From NCBI GenBank assembly GCA_964500415.1, contig CAZCOB010000007.1, positions 10,934 through 74,933 of the forward strand: 64,000 nt of DNA, in the 5' to 3' direction. The stretch's first letter is position 1. Each line of letters opens with the position of its first letter. Made by a program: the position numbers and the translations under genes. This document shows positions 17,549 to 26,463 of this stretch, in pieces. Source of the DNA: an uncultured Dehalococcoidaceae bacterium (GTDB lineage: Bacteria > Chloroflexota > Dehalococcoidia > Dehalococcoidales > RBG-16-60-22). The notes beneath the pieces are model-generated. The model searched no databases. It worked only from the letters and a program-made list of their open reading frames with translations, and was not told the DNA's origin.

Positions 17549-18358
17549 TTATTTTATGATTTCGCTAGCTAATAATTGGGTTGTTTTTCTGGCGTACGCC
17601 AGAATATCGTGAAGAATATCTTTGTTAAATGGCTTGATGTCTTCAGTACCTGTATAGACGGCAAGCACCTGGACGATAGTGTCGGAGAACTCGGACGGAA
17701 GATTAACGAGCGCCCACTCGCCGCCTTCTTTCTTGGACATGACTTTATCTTCCCTGATAAAGGCGATGATGCGGCATGGGGTAAGCACGATGTAAGTTGG
17801 AGGTAGAGTATCGAAATTATCGTTTATCCAATTCAGCTCATTATTTAACGAAGCGATACTCATTTCTCGGGGTATTTCCGGGAACAATTCTTCGATAGCC
17901 TTGCCGTAAAGACAGATACCGCGTTGCCGTATAACCTCGAAATGGAGAACCATATCATCGTCACATCGCTGAGCTGTAAAATCGATGGTTCCGGTCTCGT
18001 ACTGTTCGCGATGGTCGTAGTTATAATGAAGCTCGAATGGCGTCGGATACATAATGTTTTTCACACTGTCTATAGTTACGATACTCATTTCAGCGCGTAT
18101 ATCGGAGATACCGAGAAGGTAGTCGATAATTGCCTTCTTTTGTTCGGTTGTCAGTTTGTGTCGGACAACCGCCAGAAAATCCAGGTCGCTTGACTTGGGA
18201 TTGAAACAGCCCATCGCCAGCGAGCCGTGCAGGTAAAAGCCCTCCAGGTCTCCCCTGAAAGCCCGGCGGTAGAAGCTGAGAATGTCGTTAACCCTGCTCC
18301 GTAGTGACTCCGGGCAGTTATGCCAGCCGTAGAAAGCAGTCAGGTGATTTTTGTTCAT
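17549..18358 (-). CDS. Aminoglycoside nucleotidyltransferase-like protein (AadA / ANT(3'')-ANT(9) family)
   Basis: 269-aa ORF with nucleotidyltransferase signature LHGSLAMGCFNPKSSDLDFLAVV (G-S...D-x-D) and a long C-terminal helical domain. Size matches AadA-type enzymes. Confidence 0.6.
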   Translation of the reverse strand: MNKNHLTAFYGWHNCPESLRSRVNDILSFYRRAFRGDLEGFYLHGSLAMGCFNPKSSDLDFLAVVRHKLTTEQKKAIIDYLLGISDIRAEMSIVTIDSVKNIMYPTPFELHYNYDHREQYETGTIDFTAQRCDDDMVLHFEVIRQRGICLYGKAIEELFPEIPREMSIASLNNELNWINDNFDTLPPTYIVLTPCRIIAFIREDKVMSKKEGGEWALVNLPSEFSDTIVQVLAVYTGTEDIKPFNKDILHDILAYARKTTQLLASEIIK

Positions 18359-18433
18359 GAGTTTGTTTCGGTGAATTTATTGGTTATATTGGAAAATTGT
18401 ATACCTGATTGTACTCTAAAAAAGGTAATTAGA

Positions 18434-18465
18434 CAAATAATAAAAGGGAGCCGTTGCGGCTCCCT
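18434..18465 (-). terminator. Rho-independent terminator ending the two-component operon
   Basis: Perfect 10-bp stem AAGGGAGCCG (18443..18452) / CGGCTCCCTT (18456..18465) with a 3-nt loop. On the minus strand it is followed by ttttattatt. Confidence 0.8.
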
Positions 18466-18495
18466 TCGTTTCTGTCTAATTAAGATGCGAGGCTT

Positions 18496-19194
18496 CTATG
18501 GCACGTCGGTGGCTATGAAGTAGCCCACGCCGGGGATAGTCTGGATATACTTGGGGTTCTTGGGGTCGGGTTCCAGCTTCCGGCGTAGTCGGCCCACGAA
18601 CACGCGCAGGTACTCCTTCTCCGATGAGTATTCGCTGCCCCAGACGCTCTGTAAAAGCATACTGTGGGTGAGGACTTTATCCGAGTTCACCGCCAGGTGT
18701 TGCAGCAGCGAATACTCGGTGGGAGTAAGCGTTATCTCATTGCCGTTGACGGTGACGCGCCTCTTGGCAAAGTTAATCTCCAGTCCGTCGCAGGCGAAGC
18801 TTGACTGTGCCGGCGCTGCGGTGGGGTCGCCGCGGTGTCGGAAAGCCGTCTTGATTCTCGCCATAAGCTCGGCAATGCCGAAGGGCTTGGTCAGATAATC
18901 GTCGGCGCCCAGCTCCAGGCATTTAACCTTGTCGTTTTCATCGCCGCGTGCGCTGAGGATAATGATAGGTACGTTTGACCATTCCCGGATACGCCGTACC
19001 ACTTCCACGCCGTCCACTTTGGGCATCATAAGGTCGAGTATTATCAGGTCGACGAAATCTCTCTGCACCGCTTCCAGCGATTCCTCGCCGTTGGTAGCGG
19101 TAATTACTTCGTAGCCGCGTGCCTTGAGATTCGTACTGAGCAGTCTCAATATCGCCGGGTCATCATCTACGATGAGCAAGTTTTTCTTATCCAT
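18496..19194 (-). CDS. OmpR-family response regulator (REC + winged-helix DNA-binding domain)
   Basis: The start is reassigned to the ATG at 19194 (AAGGGGGA RBS), because the track start at 19311 overlaps the upstream kinase. Motifs MDKKNLLIVDDDP...LIILDLMMP...DDYLTKPF. C-terminus LTPTEYSLLQHL...YIQTIPGVGY. Confidence 0.9.
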   Translation of the reverse strand: MDKKNLLIVDDDPAILRLLSTNLKARGYEVITATNGEESLEAVQRDFVDLIILDLMMPKVDGVEVVRRIREWSNVPIIILSARGDENDKVKCLELGADDYLTKPFGIAELMARIKTAFRHRGDPTAAPAQSSFACDGLEINFAKRRVTVNGNEITLTPTEYSLLQHLAVNSDKVLTHSMLLQSVWGSEYSSEKEYLRVFVGRLRRKLEPDPKNPKYIQTIPGVGYFIATDVP

Positions 19195-19207
19195 AGTCGT
19201 TCCCCCT

Positions 19208-20827
19208 TTAGTCCACCGGCAGACTGAAGCTGAATCTGGTACCCTTAGCCGGTTCGCTTTCCACCCAGATTCTGCCGCCGTGTGCCTCGATAATACCCCG
19301 GCAAATGGCAAGCCCCAGCCCGGTCCCCTTTCTCCTTCCGGTTTTGCGCCCGTTTCCCTGGAAGAATCGTTCGAAAATTTTCAGTTGTTGTTCCGAAGGA
19401 ATGCCGACGCCTTCATCGGCCACGCTTAAAATAACTTCTTTTTTGCCGTTGGTATGCACTTCGATGGTAATGGTTGTATTATCTTCCGAAAACTTCACCG
19501 CGTTATCAACAAGATTGGTAAGGACCTCCCTGATGCGTCCGTCATCGATAGACACCGGCGGAAGCGAGTCGGGGATATCGATGCGCAGGTGGTGCCTGGC
19601 AGTAAGCTTATCCAGCCTGTCCTTTGTTGCGTAAATAACATCGGCGAGTTTATGAGGCTTCCTTTTTACCTCCAGAGCATTGGCTTCAAGACGCGACATC
19701 ATAAGCAGGTCGTCCACCAGGCGTGTCAGCGTGTCAGCGTCTTTGTCGATGGATACCAGGAAATCGCGCCGTGTCTGGTCGTCGAAAATAACATCGGATT
19801 GCAGGAGACTGTTAGCGCAACCCTTTATGACGGCCAGCGGTGTACGCAGTTCGTGGGAAACGTTGGCCAGGAACTCGGTACGCATGGAGTCCAGTTCCCG
19901 GAGAGCCTTGGCGCTGGAAGCATCTTCGTATAACTGTGCATTCCGCACGGCGATAGCTATCTCGCGGCCTATACCGGTAAGCAGCTCGACATTATTGGAA
20001 CTGAAATATCGCGCAAAACTGGTGGCTACACCCAGCACGCCGATACTTTCCCCCAGGATGGTCAGGGGGACGCCGGCGAATGAGTGGTAACCCCCGTTAA
20101 TAAGAAAATTGAGGTCGGTTTGTGTATCTCTAACTAACTCTTCGATTATTTCGGACCCGGCCTCCCCGAAGATACGACCGATAACACCGCTATTCTTGCT
20201 GATTTCTTTCGGCATGGACTGGACCAGCCTCTTGGATAAACCGTGGTGCCCCTTCAACCGCAGGTGGTCGTTTTCGCCTAGGTAGATAAAATTCGCCTCC
20301 AGGCCGGTAGACCGGGCTACTGTGTCCAGCGCCGAATCTATAATTTCCTGGAGGTCAAGCGACTGGGATACAGCTTGGGATACGTTAAGCAGGATATTGG
20401 TGATACGGTTATGCCGTTCCAGTTCTTCCACCAGCTGCCGGTTTTCCAGCACCAGACGCTGTTTCTCCAGGCCGCGGCTGATAACCGATAGCAGGTTATC
20501 CGGGTCGAGGGGTTTCTCCAGATAAGCGAAAGCGCCACGATTCAACGATTCCACGGCGTTCTGCACCGAAGAGTGGCCGGTCAGCATTATAGCGATGATT
20601 TCCGGGTGAATTTCGAGGATTCCGGAAAGCAGCTTGGTGCCATTAACGTCAGGCAGGCTGATATCCACAATAACGGCATTATAGAAAAGTTCTTTCAGGC
20701 GCAAAAAAGCGTCGCCGCCGGAAGGAGCGGTTTCTACCTCGTATCCCTTACCTTTGAGAATGCGGCTGATGATATTCAGGAAATCGAGGTCATCATCGAC
20801 TACCAGCACGCTTTCCTTAGCCTTCAT
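19208..20827 (-). CDS. Hybrid sensor kinase: REC - GAF - HisKA - HATPase_c
   Basis: 539 aa. N-terminal receiver (VLVVDDD...VIVDISLPDVNG...YLEKPL), a central GAF-like region, H-box SHELRTPLAVI, and ATPase motifs (DNAVKF, GTGLGLAI). The start overlaps the upstream gene by 11 nt. Confidence 0.85.
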   Translation of the reverse strand: MKAKESVLVVDDDLDFLNIISRILKGKGYEVETAPSGGDAFLRLKELFYNAVIVDISLPDVNGTKLLSGILEIHPEIIAIMLTGHSSVQNAVESLNRGAFAYLEKPLDPDNLLSVISRGLEKQRLVLENRQLVEELERHNRITNILLNVSQAVSQSLDLQEIIDSALDTVARSTGLEANFIYLGENDHLRLKGHHGLSKRLVQSMPKEISKNSGVIGRIFGEAGSEIIEELVRDTQTDLNFLINGGYHSFAGVPLTILGESIGVLGVATSFARYFSSNNVELLTGIGREIAIAVRNAQLYEDASSAKALRELDSMRTEFLANVSHELRTPLAVIKGCANSLLQSDVIFDDQTRRDFLVSIDKDADTLTRLVDDLLMMSRLEANALEVKRKPHKLADVIYATKDRLDKLTARHHLRIDIPDSLPPVSIDDGRIREVLTNLVDNAVKFSEDNTTITIEVHTNGKKEVILSVADEGVGIPSEQQLKIFERFFQGNGRKTGRRKGTGLGLAICRGIIEAHGGRIWVESEPAKGTRFSFSLPVD

Positions 20828-21575
20828 CTACTCTCCTGGAATGACGTTTCTTTTTTCTTATGTTGCTTACTATTTTGGCGGCTTCGGCAGGGTCGAACGG
20901 TTTGTAAAGGCAGGTAATCGCCGCAGCTTCCTGGGCCTTGTCCAGGGCGTCTTTGACTTCGTTACGGAATCCGGTCATCATTACTGTCAGGATGTCCGGG
21001 TTGATTTCCTTCAGGCGCAGCAGGGTTTCCAGACCGTCTATATTAGGCAGCTTTACATCTATAAAAGCCATCTGGAGCTCCTTTTCCTGAGCTATGGTAA
21101 CCGCCTCTTCGCCGCTACACGCCGTCAATACGTTGTATCCCTGCTGTTTCAGCACCTTGGTCAGGGTATCGCAGATATCGGCATCGTCATCAATGACGAG
21201 AATCGGCTGGTTGCCGGCTGCCGCTTCAATCATTTCTATCAATTTGTCTATTTTTATCGGTTTCTGGATGATTTTATGAGCACCCTCATCCCTGGCTATC
21301 TGAATCAGGCCCTCATCGGAATAGGCTGTCATCAGGATTATCGAGGCTTCGGGTTGCGCCTCCTTTATTTTCCGGAAAGCTTCCACGCCGTTCATCTCCG
21401 GCATAACGATATCCATTAGCGTGACGTCGAAATCATGTTCTTTAAACTTATCTACGGCGGATACCCCGTTACTCGCGGTTTCCACAGTAAAACCACGCCG
21501 TCTCAAAATCATCGCGAAGGTCTCCAGCAAATCCTCGTTATCGTCAACGACCAGAATCGTCGCTTCTTCGTTCAT
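20817..21575 (-). CDS. Tandem-receiver (REC-REC) response regulator without output domain
   Basis: 252 aa. REC1: ILVVDDNEDL...VTLMDIVMPEMNG...IIQKPI. REC2: ILVIDDDADI...MAFIDVKLPNIDG...CLYKPF. Both have canonical phospho-acceptor residues. Confidence 0.85.
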   Translation of the reverse strand: MNEEATILVVDDNEDLLETFAMILRRRGFTVETASNGVSAVDKFKEHDFDVTLMDIVMPEMNGVEAFRKIKEAQPEASIILMTAYSDEGLIQIARDEGAHKIIQKPIKIDKLIEMIEAAAGNQPILVIDDDADICDTLTKVLKQQGYNVLTACSGEEAVTIAQEKELQMAFIDVKLPNIDGLETLLRLKEINPDILTVMMTGFRNEVKDALDKAQEAAAITCLYKPFDPAEAAKIVSNIRKKKRHSRRVDEG

Positions 21576-21582
21576 TTCAGGT

Positions 21583-23085
21583 CTATCTCCTTTTCTCTAG
21601 CGGTAGCTTCACAATGAAGGTGGTGCCCTGGTCTACCTTACTGGTGATTTCAATTTTACCTCCGTTTTGCTCGACGAGCCTCTTGGTAATGGCCAGCCCC
21701 AGTCCGATGCCTTTAGGTTTGGTGGTGAAGAGAGGCTCGAATATCTTTTCGAAATTCCCTTCGGGGATGCCGCAGCCGTTGTCATGGAACTTTATCCAGA
21801 CGATGTCGCTCTCTTCGCCGGTATCGATGTCCAGTTTCCCAGCTTTCCCGTTCATGGCCTGTATGGCATTGGAAATGATATTGGTGAAGACACGGCTTAT
21901 CTGCTCGGCGTCGGTCCTGACCTTCGTGGGGTGACCGTTTAGATTGGCATTGACGGTGACGTGTTCCGGTACGGTTATCCATGACAGGCTTTCGGTGATG
22001 AGATTTTTAAGGTCGACCCTGTCCGGCGATGGAGGTGTGATGCGGGTGAAATCAAGCAGGTCGGTGACGATTTTATTAGCTATGTCAATCTGCTTGTCCA
22101 GGACTTTCAAGGTATTTACTGCCTCTTCGTCACCTTTATCCGTAAGGGCTATGTTCAGCAGGTAAGCGCAGTTCCTGATAACGTTGAGGGGATTGCGGAG
22201 TTCGTGACCGACGCCCGAGGCAAGCTCGCCTACGGCGGCCAGCCTTTCGGAGCGGATAAGTTTTTCCTGCACCTGTTCCAGGTCTTTCGTCCGGCTCTCG
22301 ACCTCGTCCTCCAGCTGTTCATAGTAACACTGGAGAGACTGCTCCAGCTCCATCTGGCGTATGGCACCGCCGATTCTCTCGACGAGTGTCTTGGTCAGGT
22401 GGCTCCTTTTCTTCAGGTAAGGATTATCACGGTATGAATATATCTCCACCAGACCCATCGTTTCGCCGCTGACGACTAGATTCTCGGATATTTTACTGGA
22501 AGATTTGTGGAAGTTGTTGCTCTTGAAGACACGGTCGTGAAAGGTGATTCTAACCTTGGTTTCTTCGGGATACTGCATCGCCTGAGGTACGATATTCACC
22601 ACCACCGACAGGAACTCGTCAACGGAGTCGCTTTCCTCCACCGCCTTACCGATATCATAGACGCATTTCATCTCCTTCATCCCCAGCCGGTGCTGCAGTT
22701 CGCTTCTCTGCAATAAGGCCACTGTGGAGCCGACGGCGCTGAGGATGATGAAAAAGGCTGTAGGTTTGAACAGTGCATTCGGGTAAGTATCGATAAGTAT
22801 GGCATGAGGCAGGAAAATTAGCATAGCGATAAGGCCGGACATTATCGCTGGTATTACCCCGAGAACATAAGCGGTGTAAACTACCGGTGCGAAGAATATC
22901 AGCCCCAGGAAGTCGATACCGTAAAAATTATGAAGGGTGTTGAGGGAGTTCTCCAGCGATGTCCAGCCGAAAAAGCCTCCGATAACGGGCAGATAGTAAA
23001 CAATGGAACAAAACACCGTGATGGCTATGATGTACCTCAGGTGTATGTTCGTCCACCATCTCTTCTTATTACGTCTGTGACTCAT
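21583..23085 (-). CDS. Membrane sensor histidine kinase (multi-pass N-terminus, HisKA + HATPase_c)
   Basis: 500 aa with a GGGAGG RBS. About 4-5 hydrophobic helices in the first ~125 aa. H-box GHELRNPLNVI. ATPase motifs NAIQAM and GIGLGLAI. Confidence 0.85.
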   Translation of the reverse strand: MSHRRNKKRWWTNIHLRYIIAITVFCSIVYYLPVIGGFFGWTSLENSLNTLHNFYGIDFLGLIFFAPVVYTAYVLGVIPAIMSGLIAMLIFLPHAILIDTYPNALFKPTAFFIILSAVGSTVALLQRSELQHRLGMKEMKCVYDIGKAVEESDSVDEFLSVVVNIVPQAMQYPEETKVRITFHDRVFKSNNFHKSSSKISENLVVSGETMGLVEIYSYRDNPYLKKRSHLTKTLVERIGGAIRQMELEQSLQCYYEQLEDEVESRTKDLEQVQEKLIRSERLAAVGELASGVGHELRNPLNVIRNCAYLLNIALTDKGDEEAVNTLKVLDKQIDIANKIVTDLLDFTRITPPSPDRVDLKNLITESLSWITVPEHVTVNANLNGHPTKVRTDAEQISRVFTNIISNAIQAMNGKAGKLDIDTGEESDIVWIKFHDNGCGIPEGNFEKIFEPLFTTKPKGIGLGLAITKRLVEQNGGKIEITSKVDQGTTFIVKLPLEKRR

Positions 23086-23298
23086 CTTCGGCCTCCCTAA
23101 TTATCCATAGGGTACGGTCGCTTTTCGCCATGGCTCCGTTAACTGCAACAGTTATCACAGCTAATTTTTCGCGCTTGCCCTGCAATTTCAGGCTACTACT
23201 GCGGCGCCATGGGAGGCAACCATGATAACCCCCTATTTTATCGGGGTATTCCCTCAGTCCCGTGAGCAGGAATCCCCAGACTGTACGGTATATATATT

Positions 23299-23847
23299 TT
23301 AGCTTTGTTGCCATTCCTTTATTATGCCCTTGATTTCGTTAAGGTCATCTATCAGTTCCTCGGATGTAACCTCCGGCAGCGCATTGATGAGGTTAGCCAG
23401 TGGATTTTCTTCCTCCTCATCGTCACTAAAAAGCGAATTGATGGAATCATCGCCGGTATCCTCTTCCACCTTTACTTCTTTCTCTCCTTCTGCCGGTGGA
23501 GTGCTTCCCAGCGCAAGCTCGACCACCTTGATATCCTCACCACCCTCTTCAAGGGGGGGTACATCTTCATCGATATCATCTATCTCGGTCAGTTTATCTT
23601 CCGGCTCGATAGTTAGCTCATCTATTGGCCCGTGAGGCCCTACCGGGGTAGCCTCGTCTTCAGTAGTGGTGGCGGTTTCTTTTGAGAGTTCCTGTAGTTC
23701 CTGTGTTGTTTCCTCGAGGTTCTTGGTTCTGCCGTTGATTTTTTCTTCCATCTCGGCAATTTGTTCGGCGGTATTATCTTCCGCTGTGCCGTTGTTTTTC
23801 CCCAGTTTTTCTTTTAATTTGCCTATGTTGAAACTTTTTATGCGCAT
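23299..23847 (-). CDS. Highly acidic hypothetical protein, last gene of the archaellum cluster
   Basis: 182 aa, D/E/T-rich. The C-terminal NPLANLINALPEVTSEELIDDLNEIKGIIKEW resembles the MLANLINWV... block of the ArlD/E-like protein. Lies 57 nt after arlI. Confidence 0.55.
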   Translation of the reverse strand: MRIKSFNIGKLKEKLGKNNGTAEDNTAEQIAEMEEKINGRTKNLEETTQELQELSKETATTTEDEATPVGPHGPIDELTIEPEDKLTEIDDIDEDVPPLEEGGEDIKVVELALGSTPPAEGEKEVKVEEDTGDDSINSLFSDDEEEENPLANLINALPEVTSEELIDDLNEIKGIIKEWQQS

Positions 23848-23904
23848 TTATAACCTCCTTGAAGGCAGGCTACCGTAAGTCTGCCATGCTGGCAATCCCC
23901 GTTA

Positions 23905-25710
23905 TTAACGGAAAAGACCGTCCCGGTATGCCTTGGATAATATCGCGTAAACATCGTAAAAATCGGTTTTACCCTGCTCGCTCATACGCCTCAGGACATC
24001 GGACCTTTGCTTCAGCAGCTTGTATATCTGCCTTCTCTTCTCTTCCGGGAGGCCGCGCCTGGGAGCTATTTTATTCTCCAGCAGGTATGAGTTCTGGAAA
24101 CCCCGGAACAGGAAAGAGTCGTCCAGCGGGTTCCAGTTGAAAGTCTCGATGAAAGAAAAAGAGTCGCCCACCGAATCGTAGCTGACGATTTCATTAACGC
24201 TGGTTATTTTCCGGGCAAGGCCGCCGTTGGCCAGCCGGACCTGCTGGCAGATAACGACGACGTTAAGGTTGTCCACGTATGTCTTGGGTACGCTGATGGG
24301 GACGCCGGTAACACGCTGGATGAGCTTGGATACAGAGGCGGCGTGGAAGGTGCTCATAGTTGCATGACCGGTTTGCATGGCCTGGAAGGCGATAGCGCCT
24401 TCGGCACCACGAATCTCACCGACAATGATAAGGTTGGGCCTCTGCCGCAGGGCAGCCTTGAGAAGGTCGAACATGGATACCTCGGAGGAGTCGCCCCCTT
24501 TATCGGAACCGCGGGTAACCCCGCGAATCCAGTTATGGTGCGGCACCTGGACTTCCGGGGTATCTTCGATGCTTACTATCTTGGCATCGGGGGGAATAAA
24601 GGTAGTGAGAGCGTTCAGCAGGGTAGTTTTACCGGAGGCCGTTTCCCCGGATACCCAGACATTCATACCTTCTTGGAGTATGATGGAGAGATAGGCGGCC
24701 ATATCGAAGCTCAGCATGCCGAACTGGATAAGCTCCAGTATGCTCAGCGGTGTGTCGCTGAACTTCCTGATGGTAAAATTGCTGCCCCGCTTGGAAACAT
24801 CGGTGCCGTAGACGATATTAATACGTGAGCCGTCGGGCAGAGTAGCATCGACAACCGGTTCGCGGAAGGTGACCGGGTGCTTGATGCCCTCGGCAAGCTC
24901 GATGACGAATTTATCCAGCGCCTCGTTGGTCTCGAATCCGATGCTTGCCCTGAGACCGCCGAAAATTTTATGCTCCACAAAGATATTACCGAGGCCGGAA
25001 CACGAAATATCTTCGATGTTGGGGTCAAGTATCATGGGGTCCAAGAGACCCATACCTTCCAGCTTACGCCGTAGCAGATACCGGAGGCTGTTGTACTGGA
25101 ACCTGGTTATCTGTATCTTTCCTTTGGAGCTACTTTTAGAATTAAAGAAAGGAATGTTTTTCCCTTTCTTATTTTGTTTATCATCTTTTTTATCACCTTC
25201 AGCGCTCTTGGTTTCATCAGGTTTCGGTGCTTTAGTTTTATAACCGCTAATAGAAACAACTCTATCGACGATTCCCATTATTATTTCAAGCCGTTTTCTG
25301 GAGTCGGCTACACCCTCAAGCTCTTCAACATAGTCGGCAAGGCGCAGTTCTATCTCGTCGAGTGTGCTGTCCTGGGCGTCGATGAGACTCGGTTCCACGG
25401 CGACATAGTAGTCCCTGACGTCCTCGGGGTTGGCCATGACATGAACGAATACCCCGCCGCCGACATCATAGATAAGGTTGGGGTTTTTAGTACCCTTGAG
25501 TGCCCGCGTTATTTTCTCATAGTACTGCGGGATTTCGAATTTATCCTCCGGAAGCATACGCAGGTACTGGAGGAGGTGCGGGTTATTTTTGCATACCTCC
25601 TGGAAATCAGGCGGGAGTTTCCCGAACATCGGGCACTTTTCCAGGGCGGCCCCGCATTCCTTCCCGCATTCCCCGGGGCACTGTTTTATTTCAAATGGCA
25701 GACGAAGCAT
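23905..25710 (-). CDS. arlI: Archaellum motor ATPase ArlI (FlaI), secretion-ATPase superfamily
   Basis: 601 aa. Walker A VSGETASGKTTLLNAL, followed by LIIVGEIRGAEG and the TGHATMSTFHA His-box region. Sits beside arlH and arlJ. Has an N-terminal CPGECGKECGAALEKC motif and a Lys-rich insert. Confidence 0.85.
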   Translation of the reverse strand: MLRLPFEIKQCPGECGKECGAALEKCPMFGKLPPDFQEVCKNNPHLLQYLRMLPEDKFEIPQYYEKITRALKGTKNPNLIYDVGGGVFVHVMANPEDVRDYYVAVEPSLIDAQDSTLDEIELRLADYVEELEGVADSRKRLEIIMGIVDRVVSISGYKTKAPKPDETKSAEGDKKDDKQNKKGKNIPFFNSKSSSKGKIQITRFQYNSLRYLLRRKLEGMGLLDPMILDPNIEDISCSGLGNIFVEHKIFGGLRASIGFETNEALDKFVIELAEGIKHPVTFREPVVDATLPDGSRINIVYGTDVSKRGSNFTIRKFSDTPLSILELIQFGMLSFDMAAYLSIILQEGMNVWVSGETASGKTTLLNALTTFIPPDAKIVSIEDTPEVQVPHHNWIRGVTRGSDKGGDSSEVSMFDLLKAALRQRPNLIIVGEIRGAEGAIAFQAMQTGHATMSTFHAASVSKLIQRVTGVPISVPKTYVDNLNVVVICQQVRLANGGLARKITSVNEIVSYDSVGDSFSFIETFNWNPLDDSFLFRGFQNSYLLENKIAPRRGLPEEKRRQIYKLLKQRSDVLRRMSEQGKTDFYDVYAILSKAYRDGLFR

Positions 25711-25718
25711 CTAATCTC

Positions 25719-26432
25719 CTAGACTCTAGCCTTGGCAAGCGGTATTATCCTCATGCCCATCTTGGGTTCTATATCGAAACTGACCACATCCCCGGTAGGG
25801 CGCTCGGCGCCGCGTACCTTGAGTACCTCCATAAGTTTAATCATGCTGTCGCCAACCTGCTCCAGGCGCAATCTAAAACGTGCATCGCATAACGAGCGGG
25901 TCCGGGCGAGCAAATCTTCTTCAAAAGCATATGAATGCGCTACCAGGATTATTGTTTTACCTTCGTCACATAAGCCTTTACATCTGGAAAAGAAATCGAT
26001 AATGGCCACCGGATTGCTATGCGCCACGAGCAGGGTGATAGAGTCCACTATTATCAGTTTAAATTCCTGCGGCTGTTGTGAAAAATGGTGAGTCAGCACG
26101 TAAAACGGTTTCTGCCCGCCCTGCATACTACTGTGAAAGGTCAGCGGGTAGACGCGCAGGTGGTCCGCCAGGAAATGGTCAAGTACGCTCATTGCCAGCG
26201 ATTCCATCTGGCTTATCAGGCTTCTAACGCTGTTTTCCGTAGTATAGTAAGCTACCGAGATTTCGCCGGTAACCAGGGTGCCGTTGGTCAGATGCTGGCA
26301 CAGGACGCTTTTACCGGCATCGGAGTGGCCTTCGATGAGGCACAGAGAACCGAGCGGAATACCGCCGCCCAGCTTCTCATCAACCTCCGGTACTCCGGTA
26401 ATTATAAACTCCTTTTTCTTCTGTGTCGCCAT
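25719..26432 (-). CDS. arlH: ArlH (FlaH), KaiC/RecA-like ATP-binding archaellum protein
   Basis: 237 aa. Motifs GGGIPLGSLCLIEGHSDAGKSVL (Walker A) and LIIVDSIT (Walker B-like). Size and position next to arlI match ArlH. Confidence 0.8.
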   Translation of the reverse strand: MATQKKKEFIITGVPEVDEKLGGGIPLGSLCLIEGHSDAGKSVLCQHLTNGTLVTGEISVAYYTTENSVRSLISQMESLAMSVLDHFLADHLRVYPLTFHSSMQGGQKPFYVLTHHFSQQPQEFKLIIVDSITLLVAHSNPVAIIDFFSRCKGLCDEGKTIILVAHSYAFEEDLLARTRSLCDARFRLRLEQVGDSMIKLMEVLKVRGAERPTGDVVSFDIEPKMGMRIIPLAKARV

Positions 26433-26463
26433 TATCAGTCACCTCTCTCTTGTGCGGGGATTT

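Noticed and set aside
19195-19311. Upstream extensions of three track ORFs: the OmpR regulator to 19311, the Mo-enzyme to 40047 and the ADH from TTG at 35702.
   Set aside because: Each extension overlaps the neighbouring gene or lacks an RBS. In each case an internal ATG (19194, 39984, 35744) is preceded by a good Shine-Dalgarno sequence or starts at the conserved N-terminus.
23086-23298. The 213-nt gap between the archaellum and kinase genes. I considered the 81-aa ORF 23069..23314, and a c-di-GMP or other riboswitch given the motility/signalling context.
   Set aside because: The ORF has no RBS and overlaps both neighbours' ends. The region has some stem potential (CAGTC...GACTG, GGGGATTCC...GGAATACCCC), but I could not recognise GEMM-type or any other riboswitch core sequences. 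It is left unannotated.
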